Assembly (NCBI GenBank): GCA_964016885.1
Contig: OZ024748.1
Coordinates: 558,001 to 622,000, forward strand
Origin: Eledone cirrhosa
Lineage: Eukaryota
DNA length: 64,000 nucleotides
Direction of reading: 5' to 3'
In this document: piece by piece, positions 51,242-64,000 of the stretch
Numbering within the stretch: the first letter of the stretch is position 1
Layout of the letters: each line of letters begins with the position of its first letter
Translations under genes and position numbers: made by a program
Notes under the pieces: model-generated
The model's input: only the letters and a program-made list of their open reading frames with translations
Told to the model about the DNA's origin: nothing
The model's database searches: none

Positions 51242-52044
51242 GCAGTTGTTGATTAGCTCAGGTCAGTAATCAGATAGAGCAGACATTATGATGAAAGACT
51301 TTCCAGCTGTGACCATCTCAACTCTTACTGCTTGCATTTATTATTTTTCTGAAATAAAACAATTGTATATATATGTATATATATTAGTGTATTACCATGT
51401 TGGGCAACATCTGTTGTATTAAAGCTGGTGTATCTGTCATGTAAAAAGTCTGTCATGCTGGAAAAAGGATGGTAAGAGAATGTGTAAAAGAGAGAATGAG
51501 ATAGATAAATAGATAGATAGGGAGAGAGAGAGTGGAAGAGAGAGAGGTGTATTGAGTATATATATATATTTTTATATATATCATCATTATCATATATATA
51601 TGTATGTATGTATGTATGTAAGTATATATGTATATGTAAGTATATATATATATGTAAGTATATATGTATGTAAGTACGTATGTATGTATATATATATATA
51701 TATGTATGTATATATATATATATGTATGTATAGATGCATATACATGTAAGTATATATATTTATATATATGTGTGTATGTTTGTACGTATGTATATATGCA
51801 TGTGTATATACATACATACAAACACACATATATACCTACTGTCATCTTTAATGACCACACTCTGTCTTTTACTCTCTCTCCCTCCCTCTCTCTTTCACTC
51901 TCTCTCACTCTCTTTCTTGAATAATTGGATGAAATTCCCAAAGGTTTATGTGTGTGTATGTTTACATGTGTATGTATGTATCTGTATATATATATATGTG
52001 TGTGCATGTATGTGTGCATATATACATATATATACATATATATG

Positions 52045-52075
<31 letters not shown>

Positions 52076-52821
52076 TTTAATTGAGTTTGAATTATTTTCC
52101 CACATCTTACGTTAACTATTTTTCCATTTTGACGTTATAGTCACTTATATATTATGAAATACTGTTGGCTTCATGCTCACAATAATTTCTATATTTTCAT
52201 TTATATATACATATATATATGTGTGTGTTTATGTGAGTGTATGTGGATATATATACACGTGTGTGTGCGCGTGCATGTGTGCGTGCATGCATACATTTAT
52301 AAAAATAATTATTTCGACTTTCATAACAAAGCTGACTGTATCAACCATAAAACTATAATTAATTGTAATATAACGAGAAATTTGACTCTCTCCCCACCCC
52401 TCTCCGCCTCTCTCCTCACCACTTCACCTCTCTCCACACCCTTCCTCACCTCTCTCATTCACTGCCCCTCCTCATCCCCCTCCTCACACATCTATTGACT
52501 CTCCTCTCCCCTCTCTTCATCCCTCTCCTCATCCCTCTCCTCACACATCTATTGCCTCTCTTCACCCCCCCCCCTCGCATCATCTACCTCACCCCTCTCC
52601 TCACTCCCTCCTCATCATCTATCTAATCACCTCCTCCACCTCCTCACCACCACCATTGTCTCCAACACCTACACACCATTTAAAACAAATGTACTTTTAA
52701 GAGTTGTCTTCAATAAAAATCCAAAGATAAGCCATGCCAGTTGCAATTACCTGAAATATGGAACGAATCCATTCTTTCTTTTCTTTAATTCTTTAATTCA
52801 AAGAAATTGAAAAATTCTTCT

Positions 52822-53012
52822 TGTATTCTGAAATTCTGGAATTCTGGAATTCTGAAATTCTGAAATTCTGGAATTCTGGAATTCTTGTCTTCTGGAATTC
52901 TGGAATTCTGGAATTCTTGTATTCTGAAATTCTGGAATTCTGGAATTCTGAAATTCTGGAATTCTGGAATTCTGGAATTCTTATCTTCTGGAATATTCTG
53001 TCTTCCAAGAAT
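52822..53012. repeat. 8-bp tandem repeat (GAATTCTG/AAATTCTG)
   Basis: ~20 near-palindromic units. Confidence 0.9.
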
Positions 53013-53868
53013 TCTGTTTCAATTTAAACTAAAGATGAGCCTGTATTAGCTTACCTAGCATAAAATAAATGTTTAGGGATGTGATCTAGACATCTATCTA
53101 CTAGGCTGTGTCTCTCTCTGTCTCTCTGTCTGTCTAGCTCACTTTTTCTCTCTGATGATGATGATGATGGTAGTGGGAGTGGTGGTGATGGTGGTGATGG
53201 CGATAGTAATGTTGATGATATTGATGGTGATGATGATGATGGGAATGGTTGTGATGGTGAGAGTGATGATGATATTGATGGTGATGGTGATGGTGATGGT
53301 GAGGGTGATGTTGATGATGATGGTGATGATGGTGTCAGTGAGGGTGGCAGTGATGGTGATGATGATGACGGCAACGATGATAACAATAATAATGATGTTC
53401 TAAGAAATAGCCAGAAGATTGGGTGATTTTTTTTTGTGGAGGGGTGGCTGGGTGGCTGGGTAGATTGGCGTGTGGGGGGGGGGTTAATGGGGTAGTGGGT
53501 GGTTAGATGGCTGGGTGGTTAAGTGGAGAAATAACCAGGTGAGTGAGTGGTGGGGTGGATAAGTGGCTGAGTAAACTAGGCTGCTGAGTGGTTGGGTGAG
53601 TTGCTGCATGTATGGATGACTTGGTAGATAGGTAAATAGTTGGATGGGTAGGGTGTAGGTGAGGTTGGGTGGGTGAGGTTTACTGTGGTGAAGGATGTGT
53701 GCGGTGGTGGAGCGAGATGGGTGGAGTGGGATGTGTGGGGTTTACTGTCGACTCCTATTGTAATTCATAGAAACATAAAGGTAAGCATCTGGAAAATTCT
53801 GTGTAATTCAATCTTGTCTGATATTTCAGAGTAACTCTTCATGCACACACACACGCACACACACACAC

Positions 53869-53931
<63 letters not shown>

Positions 53932-53970
53932 CACACACACATTCACATATATATATATATATACATACAC

Positions 53971-54003
<33 letters not shown>

Positions 54004-54185
54004 CATACATACACACATAGACATATACATATATATATACACATACACATATATACATATATATACACACATACAATTTAGTGTGTTGGAATGTGTAGAA
54101 TGTAACTGTTATTATATAGCAATTCACTTATTTACTATCAATTTGTCTGTTTGTCTGGTTCTCTCTGTCCTTCTCTCTTTGTATA

Positions 54186-54362
<177 letters not shown>

Positions 54363-55112
54363 AGAGGGAGAGAGAAAGAGAGAGAAATAAATATATATAT
54401 ACACACATTTTGTGATATTTAATTTTCGGCAACCAATAAAATGTAGATATACTGTTGACTAATCATATATGGATTTATTGTGATTATGTTTGTGAATATA
54501 TGTATATACAGACATATATACACAGAATATATATATATATATATATATGAAAAATGCCGTGCTGCGTTGTTGCGAATATGAACATGTGAATAAAAATAGA
54601 CCGAGAAACAGGAAAAGTCTTTCATCAGTAGTCTGCTGATTCTCATTGGTATTTCTTCGCATTAAAGACTAGATATATAAAATCAGTACAAGCAATAACT
54701 AAATTAAGTTATCAGGACAGAAGAATGTGAACAAACAACATGGTAGTAACGCAACGTAAAGAGAGACAAGTCAATGAATCTTGTGGGCTTAAGTCCGACA
54801 AATCAAATGACGAGAAGAAAACAGACACGTTCGAGCCACGAAAAAAGTGAGAGAGGAAAGAATTTCACACAGGTTAGACGGGAGGAAGTGAGAGAGGAGG
54901 AGTAACAGAGAGTGAGTGAGTGAAAATGTGAGGAAGGGGTCAGCTGAGAGTGTGTGACCAGCAGCGGGGGTGGAGGAAAGCAAGAGGTAAGGGGGAGAGA
55001 GAAAGAGGATAGCAGTAAGGTGACAGAAAAAATACGAACCACAGCGAAGGAAAAATATATGTGACAACGCAACATGCCATTTTTCATTCACATATATTTT
55101 CTTTTTTTCCCA

Positions 55113-55262
55113 TAAAATAAGCATATCAGGCAAAGTTGAAAATAAGCATATCAGGCAAAGCTGAAAATAAGCATATCAGGCAAAGCTGAAAATAAGCATA
55201 TCAGGCAAAGCTGAAAATAAGCATATCAGGCAAAGCTGAAAATAAGCATATCAGGCAAAGCA
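55113..55262. repeat. 25-bp tandem repeat x6 with a lone inverted copy at 55470-55491
   Basis: Unit GAAAATAAGCATATCAGGCAAAGCT. Confidence 0.9.
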
Positions 55263-55866
55263 ACTTGAAACCCTGATAGCAATATAATAGAACCAGTGTA
55301 CAATCCATGGTTGTGACTGATTAAAAACATTCACTAAAATAAAACATAGCCAATGTAATGAAAAAGATAGCAATAACATTGATACTCTCAGCACATATAC
55401 ATTTGAACATTATAGAAACAACAGTCACACTACATCCACTATAAAGCCATAGTTTTAATACAAAAACACCTTTGCCTGATATGCTTATTTCATGTGATAC
55501 CTTTACCTTGCAAAAAATTATATATACCTAATTCCATTGCTTGTTTCCTTCCTGTATATGACTAATGCATTTGCACTCTCTTTACGCTTGCATAGGCACT
55601 GCTAGTGTCCTCGTTTTACGAGTAACTTTCTACCTTAATGCCTCTTTAATTGTTATACTATTCCCTTATAATCTCTGTCGCTTGCATTCCACTCTGTACC
55701 TTTATAATTTATAATTTTTAATTTTAATTATTGTACAATTCTCTTGTAATCTATGTCGCATCCATTCGACCCTGTAAATACGAAACTGTTGTTGACATTA
55801 ATATCTATGTATCTATATGATTGTTCAGTTGAATAGGAGGTTAATTATAACTACAAAGATTGCTAC

Positions 55867-55913
55867 TGCTCCGATGATTCCAAACGAAAGTTTGGAAGAA
55901 ACGATTGTCAGCA
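55867..55913 (+). ncRNA. Hammerhead-like motif with CCGATGA core
   Basis: Stem I TGCT/AGCA; CCGATGA; perfect stem II TTCCAAAC-GAAA-GTTTGGAA; GAAA; stem III A-CGATTG-T; H=C (GUC). Confidence 0.55.
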
Positions 55914-56244
55914 ATAAAATGATTTGAACATAGCTTTGATTATTGTGTAATTTATATTCCGGCTCTGTAAACATCTGATGTTCTTACATTGAGCTATTTT
56001 TTTCTTACTGATAATAAGGTATTAATAAATTACTGACCCTTCCTGTTTATAGTTGTATATAGTGTATACATAACTATAAATAATATATATATATTGTTAT
56101 ACTTTGGGAGGGTCATGTTGGCAATAAGAAACACACGCACCAGTTGCTTTCACTTCAATTTATTATAATAAATTTATAAATTTAGGAATTTATAAATTTC
56201 CGGTTGGTTGGTTGGTTCCACAACCAGGTGGTTGTTTATATATT

Positions 56245-56287
56245 GTCAAAGTTCTTTCGTCACACATTCTGTGACCTCTTCAGTGAC
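56245..56287 (-). ncRNA. Mirror-copy hammerhead candidate
   Basis: Inverted copy of 56432-56474. Confidence 0.6.
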
Positions 56288-56431
56288 TGGGGATTCTTTT
56301 CTTTGTTTTTTTGTTTTTGTGCCTTTCCTTTGTTCTGTCCTACGCCATCTTGTTTGAACATTGAAAACAAGATGGCGTAGGACAGAACAAAGGAGAGGCA
56401 CAAAAACAAAAAACAAAGAAAAGAATCACCA

Positions 56432-56474
56432 GTCACTGAAGAGGTCACAGAATGTGTGACGAAAGAACTTTGAC
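56432..56474 (+). ncRNA. Candidate minimal hammerhead ribozyme
   Basis: Stem I GTCA/TGAC; CTGAAGA plus an extra G; stem II GTCACA-GAATG-TGTGAC; GAAA; minimal stem III A-G-AA-C-T; H=U. Confidence 0.6.
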
Positions 56475-57543
56475 AATATATAAACAACCATCTGGTTGTG
56501 GAACCAACCAACCAACTGGAAATTTATAAATTTATTATAATAAATTGAAGTGAAAGCAACTGGTGCGTGTGTTTCTTATTGGCAATATGACCCTCCCAAA
56601 GTATAACAATATCGGTTTCAACACACGTTTTCAGATAAAGAATCTTGCTAAACAAATTCAGAAACGAAATATATATATATATATATATATATAGACATGT
56701 ATATATAGGATTAGTCAACAGTACATCTATATTTTATTGGTTGCCAACAAATAAATATAAAATATGTCACCTTCATTCATCACATATTCAACAGTTAAAT
56801 TTAAAGATCTGTTGCTGTTGTTGTGGTTGGCATTACATCTACCACCACCACCGCCAACACCACCACTGTCACCTACAACTCCCAGTCAATAAAAGTACCT
56901 TTATTGGTTGCTAACTCTGCTAGAAATAGCAGTCAAATCATCTTCAAACCACAATCCATCTTAGAAGCTATCACTTTAATTATTACTTTTCTTGGATAAT
57001 CAAATTTAGAAGACTTTTGATCATAGGACAGCTTGATTGGGGCAGATCTTGACCTGGGGTTAAACTACTTATGTTGTTGTTGCTACTACTACTACTACTA
57101 CTATTACTACTACTACTACATCCATGTGTGTAGTAGTGGCGCCCACACACATTATTAGCTATTTGAAAAGATGATGGATTTCGCAACTAACTGCACCAGG
57201 GTTCCTGTTCCCCAAGGAACCATACTATATGGTATACCTGTTGATATAGGTCCAGCTCCTGCTTTCCCGGGTCCTGTTTCTGATCATAATGATCTCTAGG
57301 GATACGGGAATCAGTGGACGGGACCTGGGGGCAGCGATGGGGGACAGGGAATTCTGGGGCATGAGAGTGAGATCCATCATCTCGACAGTAGTCGAAGAAT
57401 GATGATGATGACATCATATATATATACATTTATATATATACATATATGTATATATATATATATGTATATATAGCAGAGTATAACAGTTTTAATATAGATG
57501 AGATTCTACAGGACTAGAACTGTTTCATTCATTAGAAATCATC

Positions 57544-57580
<37 letters not shown>

Positions 57581-57619
57581 CACATATATATACATACATA
57601 TATACATACATATATATAC

Positions 57620-57668
<49 letters not shown>

Positions 57669-57688
57669 CATATATATATACACACACA

Positions 57689-57723
<35 letters not shown>

Positions 57724-58124
57724 TATTTCCATTACCATTTCTGTTGCCACAATTCCTCAGAGTCCAGTTTCACAGCAGAGAAGGAGAGAAAGAAATAACG
57801 TGAAAACAAATTTCTATTAATGGAATCAGCTTGAGTCTGTGAGTGATTCTAGACATGTGTGTGATTCTCTTTTTATCCATTCCCAGATTAAAAAGGGAGC
57901 CAGCCATGGACTTAGTAATTCTGATTAGTTTCTCATTTTAGTCTTTGGTTCTTTGGTTCTTTGGTTCCTTGGTTGTTCATTGGCGTTGGTTGGTTGTTTC
58001 ATCAAACACAGCAGTAACAGCAGCAGCAGCAGTAGTAGTAGCAGCAGCAGCAGCAATGGAAATTATGTAACATGTTACATTGATTTAAGTATCATGTTGA
58101 TATATATATGTATATATATATATG

Positions 58125-58171
<47 letters not shown>

Positions 58172-60596
58172 TGGAACAGTAAGGTGGAGGAGTCAATTAA
58201 GGCCAAAAAGCAGGCTTGGAAAGTATGGTGGGATAGGGGAAGTAGAGAAGACTATCAAGTGGCCAGGAGGGAAGCTAGGAGACAAGTGTACTTCGCAAGA
58301 AGGGAAGCAGAGGAAAGAAAGTTCAAGCATGTTCTACAACGCGAGGACCAAAAACGTGAGGTGTTCAGGATTGCTAGACAATGTGTCAAGGAAAACCGTG
58401 ATATTGTCGGGGAGAAGTGTGTACTTAATGAGGAAGGCGTACTTGCCATCACTGACGCCGATAAGAAGGTAGCTTGGAAGAGTCACTACGAAAGGCTTCT
58501 AAATGAGGAGAATAAATGGGAGAAAGACAGTCTCCCCCACATCGACCCAATAGAGGGACCAGCAGTGTTAGTCGAAGGTAGTATAATAAGTAAGGCAATC
58601 AAAGATATGAAGGCGGGTAAGGCGGCTGGGCCTTCGGAAATAGTTGCTGAGATGCTGAAAGCCTCTGGAACGGTGGGACACATCATGGTCTCCCGGATAG
58701 TAAACCAAGTCATACAGAATGGGGTTGTTCCGAAGGACTGGCGTAGCAGCATCATCATTAACTGTTACAAGGGTAAAGGAGATGCCCTAGATAGGAGTAA
58801 CTATAGAGGCATTAAATTAATCGACCAGGTCATGAAGGTCACGGAAAAAGTAATAGCGCAACTAATCAGAGAGAGAATTGATCTAGATGAAATGCAGTTC
58901 GGGTTTGTGTCAGGCAAAAGTACCACAGATGCTCTTTTCATTGTACGACAACTACAGGAGAAGTACCTAGCTAAAAGTAAACCCCTATACTTAGCTTTTG
59001 TTGACTTGGAGAAAGCCTTCGACAGAGTCCCCCGTTCCATTATCTGGTGGGCTCTTAGAAAACTAGGTGTTGACGAATGGCTTGTCAGAGCTATACAAAC
59101 CATGTATAAAGAAACAGTCAGCAAGGTTAGAATTAACAACGAATATAGTGAAGAGTTTAGCGTAAAAGTTGGTGTCCATCAGAGCTCTGTTCTTAGCCCC
59201 CTCCTATTTATTATTGCCCTTCAGGCTATAACAGAGGAGTTCAAGACCGGCTGCCCATGGGAACTCCTATACGCAGATGATCTAAAGCTCATAGATGAAT
59301 CAATGGCCGAGCTAGAGAAGAAATTCCAAACATGGAAACACGGCCTAGAATCAAAAGGCCTTAAAATTAACCTGGCTAAGATTAAAGTTCTAGTTTGTAG
59401 GAAAGAAATTAAGGCGCCGGTCCCTTCCGGGAAATGGCCATGCTCAGTGTGTAGGAAAGGCGTAGGTAGAAATTCCATTTTATGTCCCAAATGCAAAGTA
59501 TGGGTGCATAAAAGATGTAGTGGGATCACAGGTAAGCTAACTAAGAACATAGACTTTACATGTGGCCGGTGCTCTGGTGCAATAAGTAGCAGCAAGTGCT
59601 CACAAAATACTAGCTCTTTCAATTGCGCAGAGGGTTCTATAGAAATAGTGGACAGCTTCCGTTACCTGGGCGACAAAATCAGCAGTGGGGGAGGGTGCTC
59701 TGAAAGTACAGTAGCTAGAGTCAGAACTGGTTGGAAAAAGTTCAGAGAGCTTATACCACTATTAGCCACTAAAGGGTTCTCCCTAAGAATGAAAGGCAGG
59801 TTGTATGATGCCTGCATACGAACAGCAATGTTGCATGGCAGTGAGACCTGGGCATTGTGTGCAGAAGATATACGCAGACTAGAGAGGAACGAAGCTTGCA
59901 TGCTCCGCTGGATGTGTAATAGTAACATACGTGAACGGCAAAGCATAAGCGAACTAAGGAAAAAATTAGAAATAAGAGGGATCAGATTTTGTTTACTCGA
60001 GAGAAGGCTACGTTGGTATGGTCACGTGATGCGCATGAAAGACGACAGCTGTATAACAAAGTGCAGGGCAATAAAGATAGACGGTAGCTACGGAGTAGGC
60101 AGACCCAGAAAAACCTGGGACGAGCTGATAAATTCTGACCTCACACACTTACACCTCTCCAAGACAATGTCACTGGACCGAGACCTTTGGCGGTACTCAG
60201 TAATAGAGAAGACCCGCCTTACCTAAATACAAAGTAAAACCTACTACAGCCAGTAGGCATCTCTAAGAAAATACACCCCCTTCCCCCCACCCCCACCCCA
60301 TCCACACCGCCCCTTTCAATGTAAAGTTATGTTGGTGCCACAACATCCAGGCCGAAACAAATGAGATCATGTAGACACAGTCCACGCTGTAATGTGGTCG
60401 TGTAGGCAACACGGTAAAAACCTCCCAGCCCCACACTGTAAATGTGGTTGGTGTTAGGAAGGGCATCCAGCTGTAGAAAACCCGCCAGATAGTCCTATGC
60501 GAGCAAGACAAACACTCTTGCCTCAAGTGGGAAAACCCCCGTCCAAACCCATGCAAGCGTGGAACACGGACGTTAAACGTTGATGATGATGATGAT
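58172..60596 (+). mobile_element. 5'-truncated RTE LINE (family B) with uninterrupted RT reading frame
   Basis: Open frame 58172-60226 with QFGF, FVDLEKAFDRVP, YADD, PHD-like Cys cluster and [12 protein letters not shown]; no endonuclease; the first ~70 aa of track ORF 57953 are microsatellite read-through. Confidence 0.93.
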
Positions 60597-60597
60597 A

Positions 60598-61200
60598 TGT
60601 CAGGTCACCAGTTGGTGCTAATGGTAACATGTATCCCAGTACAACCTGTCTCATGGTCGGGTCGTTGGCGACTAAACTGGCAACCCTACCAAGGTTTCTT
60701 CTTGGTGAGGAGGGTGACTTTGGACATCCTGCGGGACTAAAAACAAAACCTGTCAAAGGGCAAAGGTGCTCGCAAGAGTCAATGGCCATCCAAAATCAGC
60801 GGGAGAGATGACCCCTAAGCCTTTGTCAAGGCAAAATTCTAGAAGGAAAACTCTAATATAACACCTGCAACCCTGATGGTATCCAATGATGTTGACTTGT
60901 TCTCCTTTTTAGTAAATATCATCTTGGTTAAGATAGTGGGACTGGCTTTGTGCAGTGCCTTTGCGCACTATAGAAGCTTCACGGCACAGTTTATATCTGG
61001 CGATCTCTCTGCACTTGTCGTCACATGGTACCATGGGCCCAGCACTATGTGTCAATAATTGTCACAAGTGTAGTGTTTGTACCAGAGTTTTCAAGTCGCT
61101 GGCTGGACTAAAAAGTCACACTCGTTCAGCGCATCGGTAGGAGTTCTCCTACATGGATATAAGGTAGTGGCCCTACTCGAAAACGAGTTGGCAGCCACCA
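60598..61200 (+). mobile_element. ~600-bp non-autonomous RTE-related element (family C)
   Basis: Matches the reverse complement of 2079-2670; 3' part encodes C2H2-like CSVCTRVFKSLAGLKSHTRSAH. Confidence 0.8.
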
Positions 61201-61280
61201 TATATATGTATGTATATATATATATAAATATATATACATATACGTATATCTCTATCTATATATATCTATCTATCTATATA

Positions 61281-61315
<35 letters not shown>

Positions 61316-61317
61316 GT

Positions 61318-61319
<2 letters not shown>

Positions 61320-61355
<36 letters not shown>

Positions 61356-63180
61356 TTTACGTCCGCTTTTCCCTGCTTGCAAGGGTGGGACGGGTCTTAT
61401 TCAGCACAGCATCTCTCCACTCGTCACGGTCCTTCGTCATCTCCACCGTGAGCTTCAATGATCTGAGGTCTGTTCTCACCACCTCCGCCCATGTTTTTTG
61501 TGGTCTACCTCTACCACGTCTTCCTTCAACTGGCATTTCCTGGCACTTCTTCACCCATCGGTCATCCTCCATGCGCATCACATGTCCATACCACCTCAGT
61601 CTCCTCTCCCGTACACTACATTCTATCCCTCTCAGACACAGTTTCTCTCTCAACACATTTATGCTGGGTCGTTCATGCACATTTACACTGCTCATCCAAC
61701 GGAGCATGCTTGCCTCATTTCTCTCCAGCCATCGCATATCCTCTGCAATTGCTGCCCATGTCTCACTACCATGCAGCATCGCGCTCCTCACACAGGCATC
61801 ATACAACCGGCCTTTCGTACGCAGGGAGAAACCCTTCTTCGTCAACAGAGGAAGCAGCTCCCTAAACTTCTTCCAACCCGTCCTTATTCTAGATACTATG
61901 GCCTCGGAACACCCTCTTCCCATGCTAATCTGATTTCCTAGGTACCGGAAGCTATCCACCACTTCTATAGCGCCCTCCTGCATTTGAAAAATGTGTCTAT
62001 CAATGCGACTTCTACTGTCTAATTTCCCTGTACATCTACTGCATACATATTTCTCCCTACCTGTTAGTTTGCCTGCTATCCCGCTACATCTCTTGTGTAC
62101 CAATGATCTGCATTGTGTGCATTTTATAGAATTTATGCCAGTTCCTTTTCTGCATATCGAACATGGCCATTTCCGTGACGGAATCAGGGTTTTGTCCTCT
62201 TTTCTACTCATCAACACTTTTATCTTAGCTAGATTCACTCTCAGTCCTCTTGCTTCCAACTGCTGTTTCCATAGCCATAATTTATTCTCTAGCTCCTCTA
62301 CTGATTCTGCTATAAGAACCAGATCGTCAGCATAGAGAAGTTCCCATGGACAGCCAGTCTTAAACTCCTCTGTTATGGCTTGGAGGACTATAATGAACAA
62401 GAGCGGGCTGAGGACCGAACCCTGATGTACTCCTACTTGTATCTGGAATTCCTCACTAAACTCCATTCCTACCCTGACTTTACTGAGAGTACCTCTCTAC
62501 AAAGTTTGCACTGTCCTCACAAGCCATTCCTCAACACCTAGCTTCCTTAGGGACCACCAGATGACAGATCGGGGTACCCTATCAAAGGCCTTCTCTAGGT
62601 CAACAAAGGCTAAGTATAGTGGCTTATTCTTCTCTAAGAACCTCTCTTGCAATTGTCTCACCAAGAAGAGGGAATCTGTTGTACTCTTCCCAGGCACAAA
62701 ACCAAACTGCATCTCATCTAGTTTGACCCTTTCTCTAATTAGTTGCGCTAAAATCCTTTCTGCCACTTTCATAACCTGATCTATCAGTTTTATACCCCTA
62801 TAATTGCTCCTCTCCAGAGCATCCCCTTTACCTTTGTAGCAATTTATGAGAATACTGCTGCACCAGTCTTTGGGTATGACACCACCATATATAGCCTGAT
62901 TGATGATGCGTGCAACCAGTTTAGTGCCTACGTCCCCTGATGCCTTCAGCATCTCAGCAACTATTCCCGATGGTCCTGCTCCTTACCATTTTTCATTTCC
63001 TTAATCGCCTCTTGGACCCTATATTCATCAATCTCAATAGCTGGTCCCTCTGTCGGATCTACCAAGGGTAATTTCTCTCTCTCCCATTTGTTCTCCACAT
63101 TCATCAGTCTCTCATCATGATATTTCCAGGCCTCCTTTTTCTGATCATTCGTGACACTAAGTACACCGGCATCATCCTGG

Positions 63181-63182
<2 letters not shown>
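61320..63182 (-). mobile_element. 5'-truncated RTE LINE (family A)
   Basis: ORFs 62961..63188, 62497..62952 and 61357..62466 closely match 29315-31139; (CAT)n tail. Confidence 0.93.
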
Positions 63183-63246
<64 letters not shown>

Positions 63247-63407
63247 TGTATTGAAGCAAATAACTGTGTATACTTTAGGAATGTATCCTACATTGCCTAT
63301 TGAATACGCTGAGATACACCCGGTCCTGGCATTGATAAATATGCTGGGTCCGTCAACTCCTTATTATATATACATATATATACATATATATACATATATA
63401 TATATAT

Positions 63408-63565
63408 AATTGTTTCTACTTTAGGCACAAGGCCAGCAATTACCCAGTGCATTACTGGTACTTTATTTAGTCAACCTCGGCGGGATTTGAACTCAGATCG
63501 TAAAGGGACGTAACTATGCTGGAAAGCATGGTGTCTGACCCTCTACCGATACTGCCAATCCACCT
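63408..63565 (-). mobile_element. tRNA-derived SINE, internally deleted
   Basis: Matches 46148-46335. Confidence 0.8.
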
Positions 63566-63679
63566 CTTATATATATATAATGATGAACAAGTAAAACAGA
63601 TACGTTAGTCCATCCCTATTTATTTTATTATATGTATTTCGAAGATGTATGGCTTTTGTATAAGATCAGTCAACATGTG

Positions 63680-64000
63680 ATGCAGGTGAAGGGATGATGT
63701 GAGGGTGGTGGTGGTGGTGTGTGGTGGAGGTGGGTGGTGGAGGTGGGTGGTGGAGGTGGGTGGTGCAGGTGAAGGGATGATGTGAGGGTGGTGGTGGTGG
63801 TGGTGGTGGTGTGTGGTGGAGGTGGGTGGTGCAGGTGGGTGGTTCAGGTGAAGGGATGATGTGAGGGTGGTGGTGGTGGTGTGTGGTGGAGGTGGGTGGT
63901 GCAGGTGGGTGGTGCAGGTGAAGGGATGATGTGAGGGTGGTGGTGGTGGTGCGTGGTGGAGGTGGGTGGTGCAGGTGAAGGGATGATGTGAGGGTGGTGG
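63680..64000. repeat. G-rich minisatellite (GCAGGTGAAGGGATGATGTGAGGGTGGTGG...)
   Basis: At least 5 units; runs off window end. Confidence 0.85.

Larger units (their letters stand above)
56091..56612. repeat. ~520-bp near-perfect palindrome with a hammerhead motif in each arm
   Basis: Arms inverted about ~56359 with a short spacer, a few mismatches and a ~16-bp duplication in the left arm. Confidence 0.93.

Noticed and set aside
52822-53012. Heat-shock element cluster
   Set aside because: The 8-bp period does not give the alternating 5-bp nGAAn spacing of a canonical HSE.
57953-58171. Signal-peptide-like N-terminus fused to RT (domesticated gene)
   Set aside because: Chance read-through of (CAG)n and (TA)n sequence into a 5'-truncated LINE.
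63621-63645. Minus-strand GAAATACATATAATAAAATA, and similarly GAAACTCCAGAGTA near 9231-9245
   Set aside because: Only 3' halves of hammerheads; no CTGANGA core is present.

Overview
AT-rich, microsatellite-dense animal genomic DNA. The repeat repertoire (tRNA/CORE-type SINEs, RTE LINEs with (ATG)n tails, long (TA)n/(CA)n tracts) fits an octopus/cephalopod best; that assignment is inference. Most ORFs in the supplied track are microsatellite artefacts. One host gene is well supported: the 3' half of an acid phosphatase type 7 (ACP7, purple acid phosphatase family) gene on the + strand, with exons 6840-6960, 8270-8467, 10780-10973 and 16320-16909. It has an unexpected C-terminal transmembrane helix and YxxPhi tail, plus two candidate frame-preserving GC-donor microexons. 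The rest is transposon-derived: several RTE LINE families, a Tx1/L1-like LINE, a Tigger/pogo transposon, a Helitron with both termini nested in a piggyBac-type MITE and itself carrying a LINE, SINEs and MITEs. The most striking hidden signal is a set of about 8-10 minimal type-I hammerhead ribozyme motifs. Most lie in head-to-head foldback elements resembling Penelope-like element ends. In two of these the inverted arm starts 2-3 nt from the predicted cleavage site, and two motifs share a non-canonical CCGAUGA core. All folds were derived by eye and need computational and biochemical confirmation.
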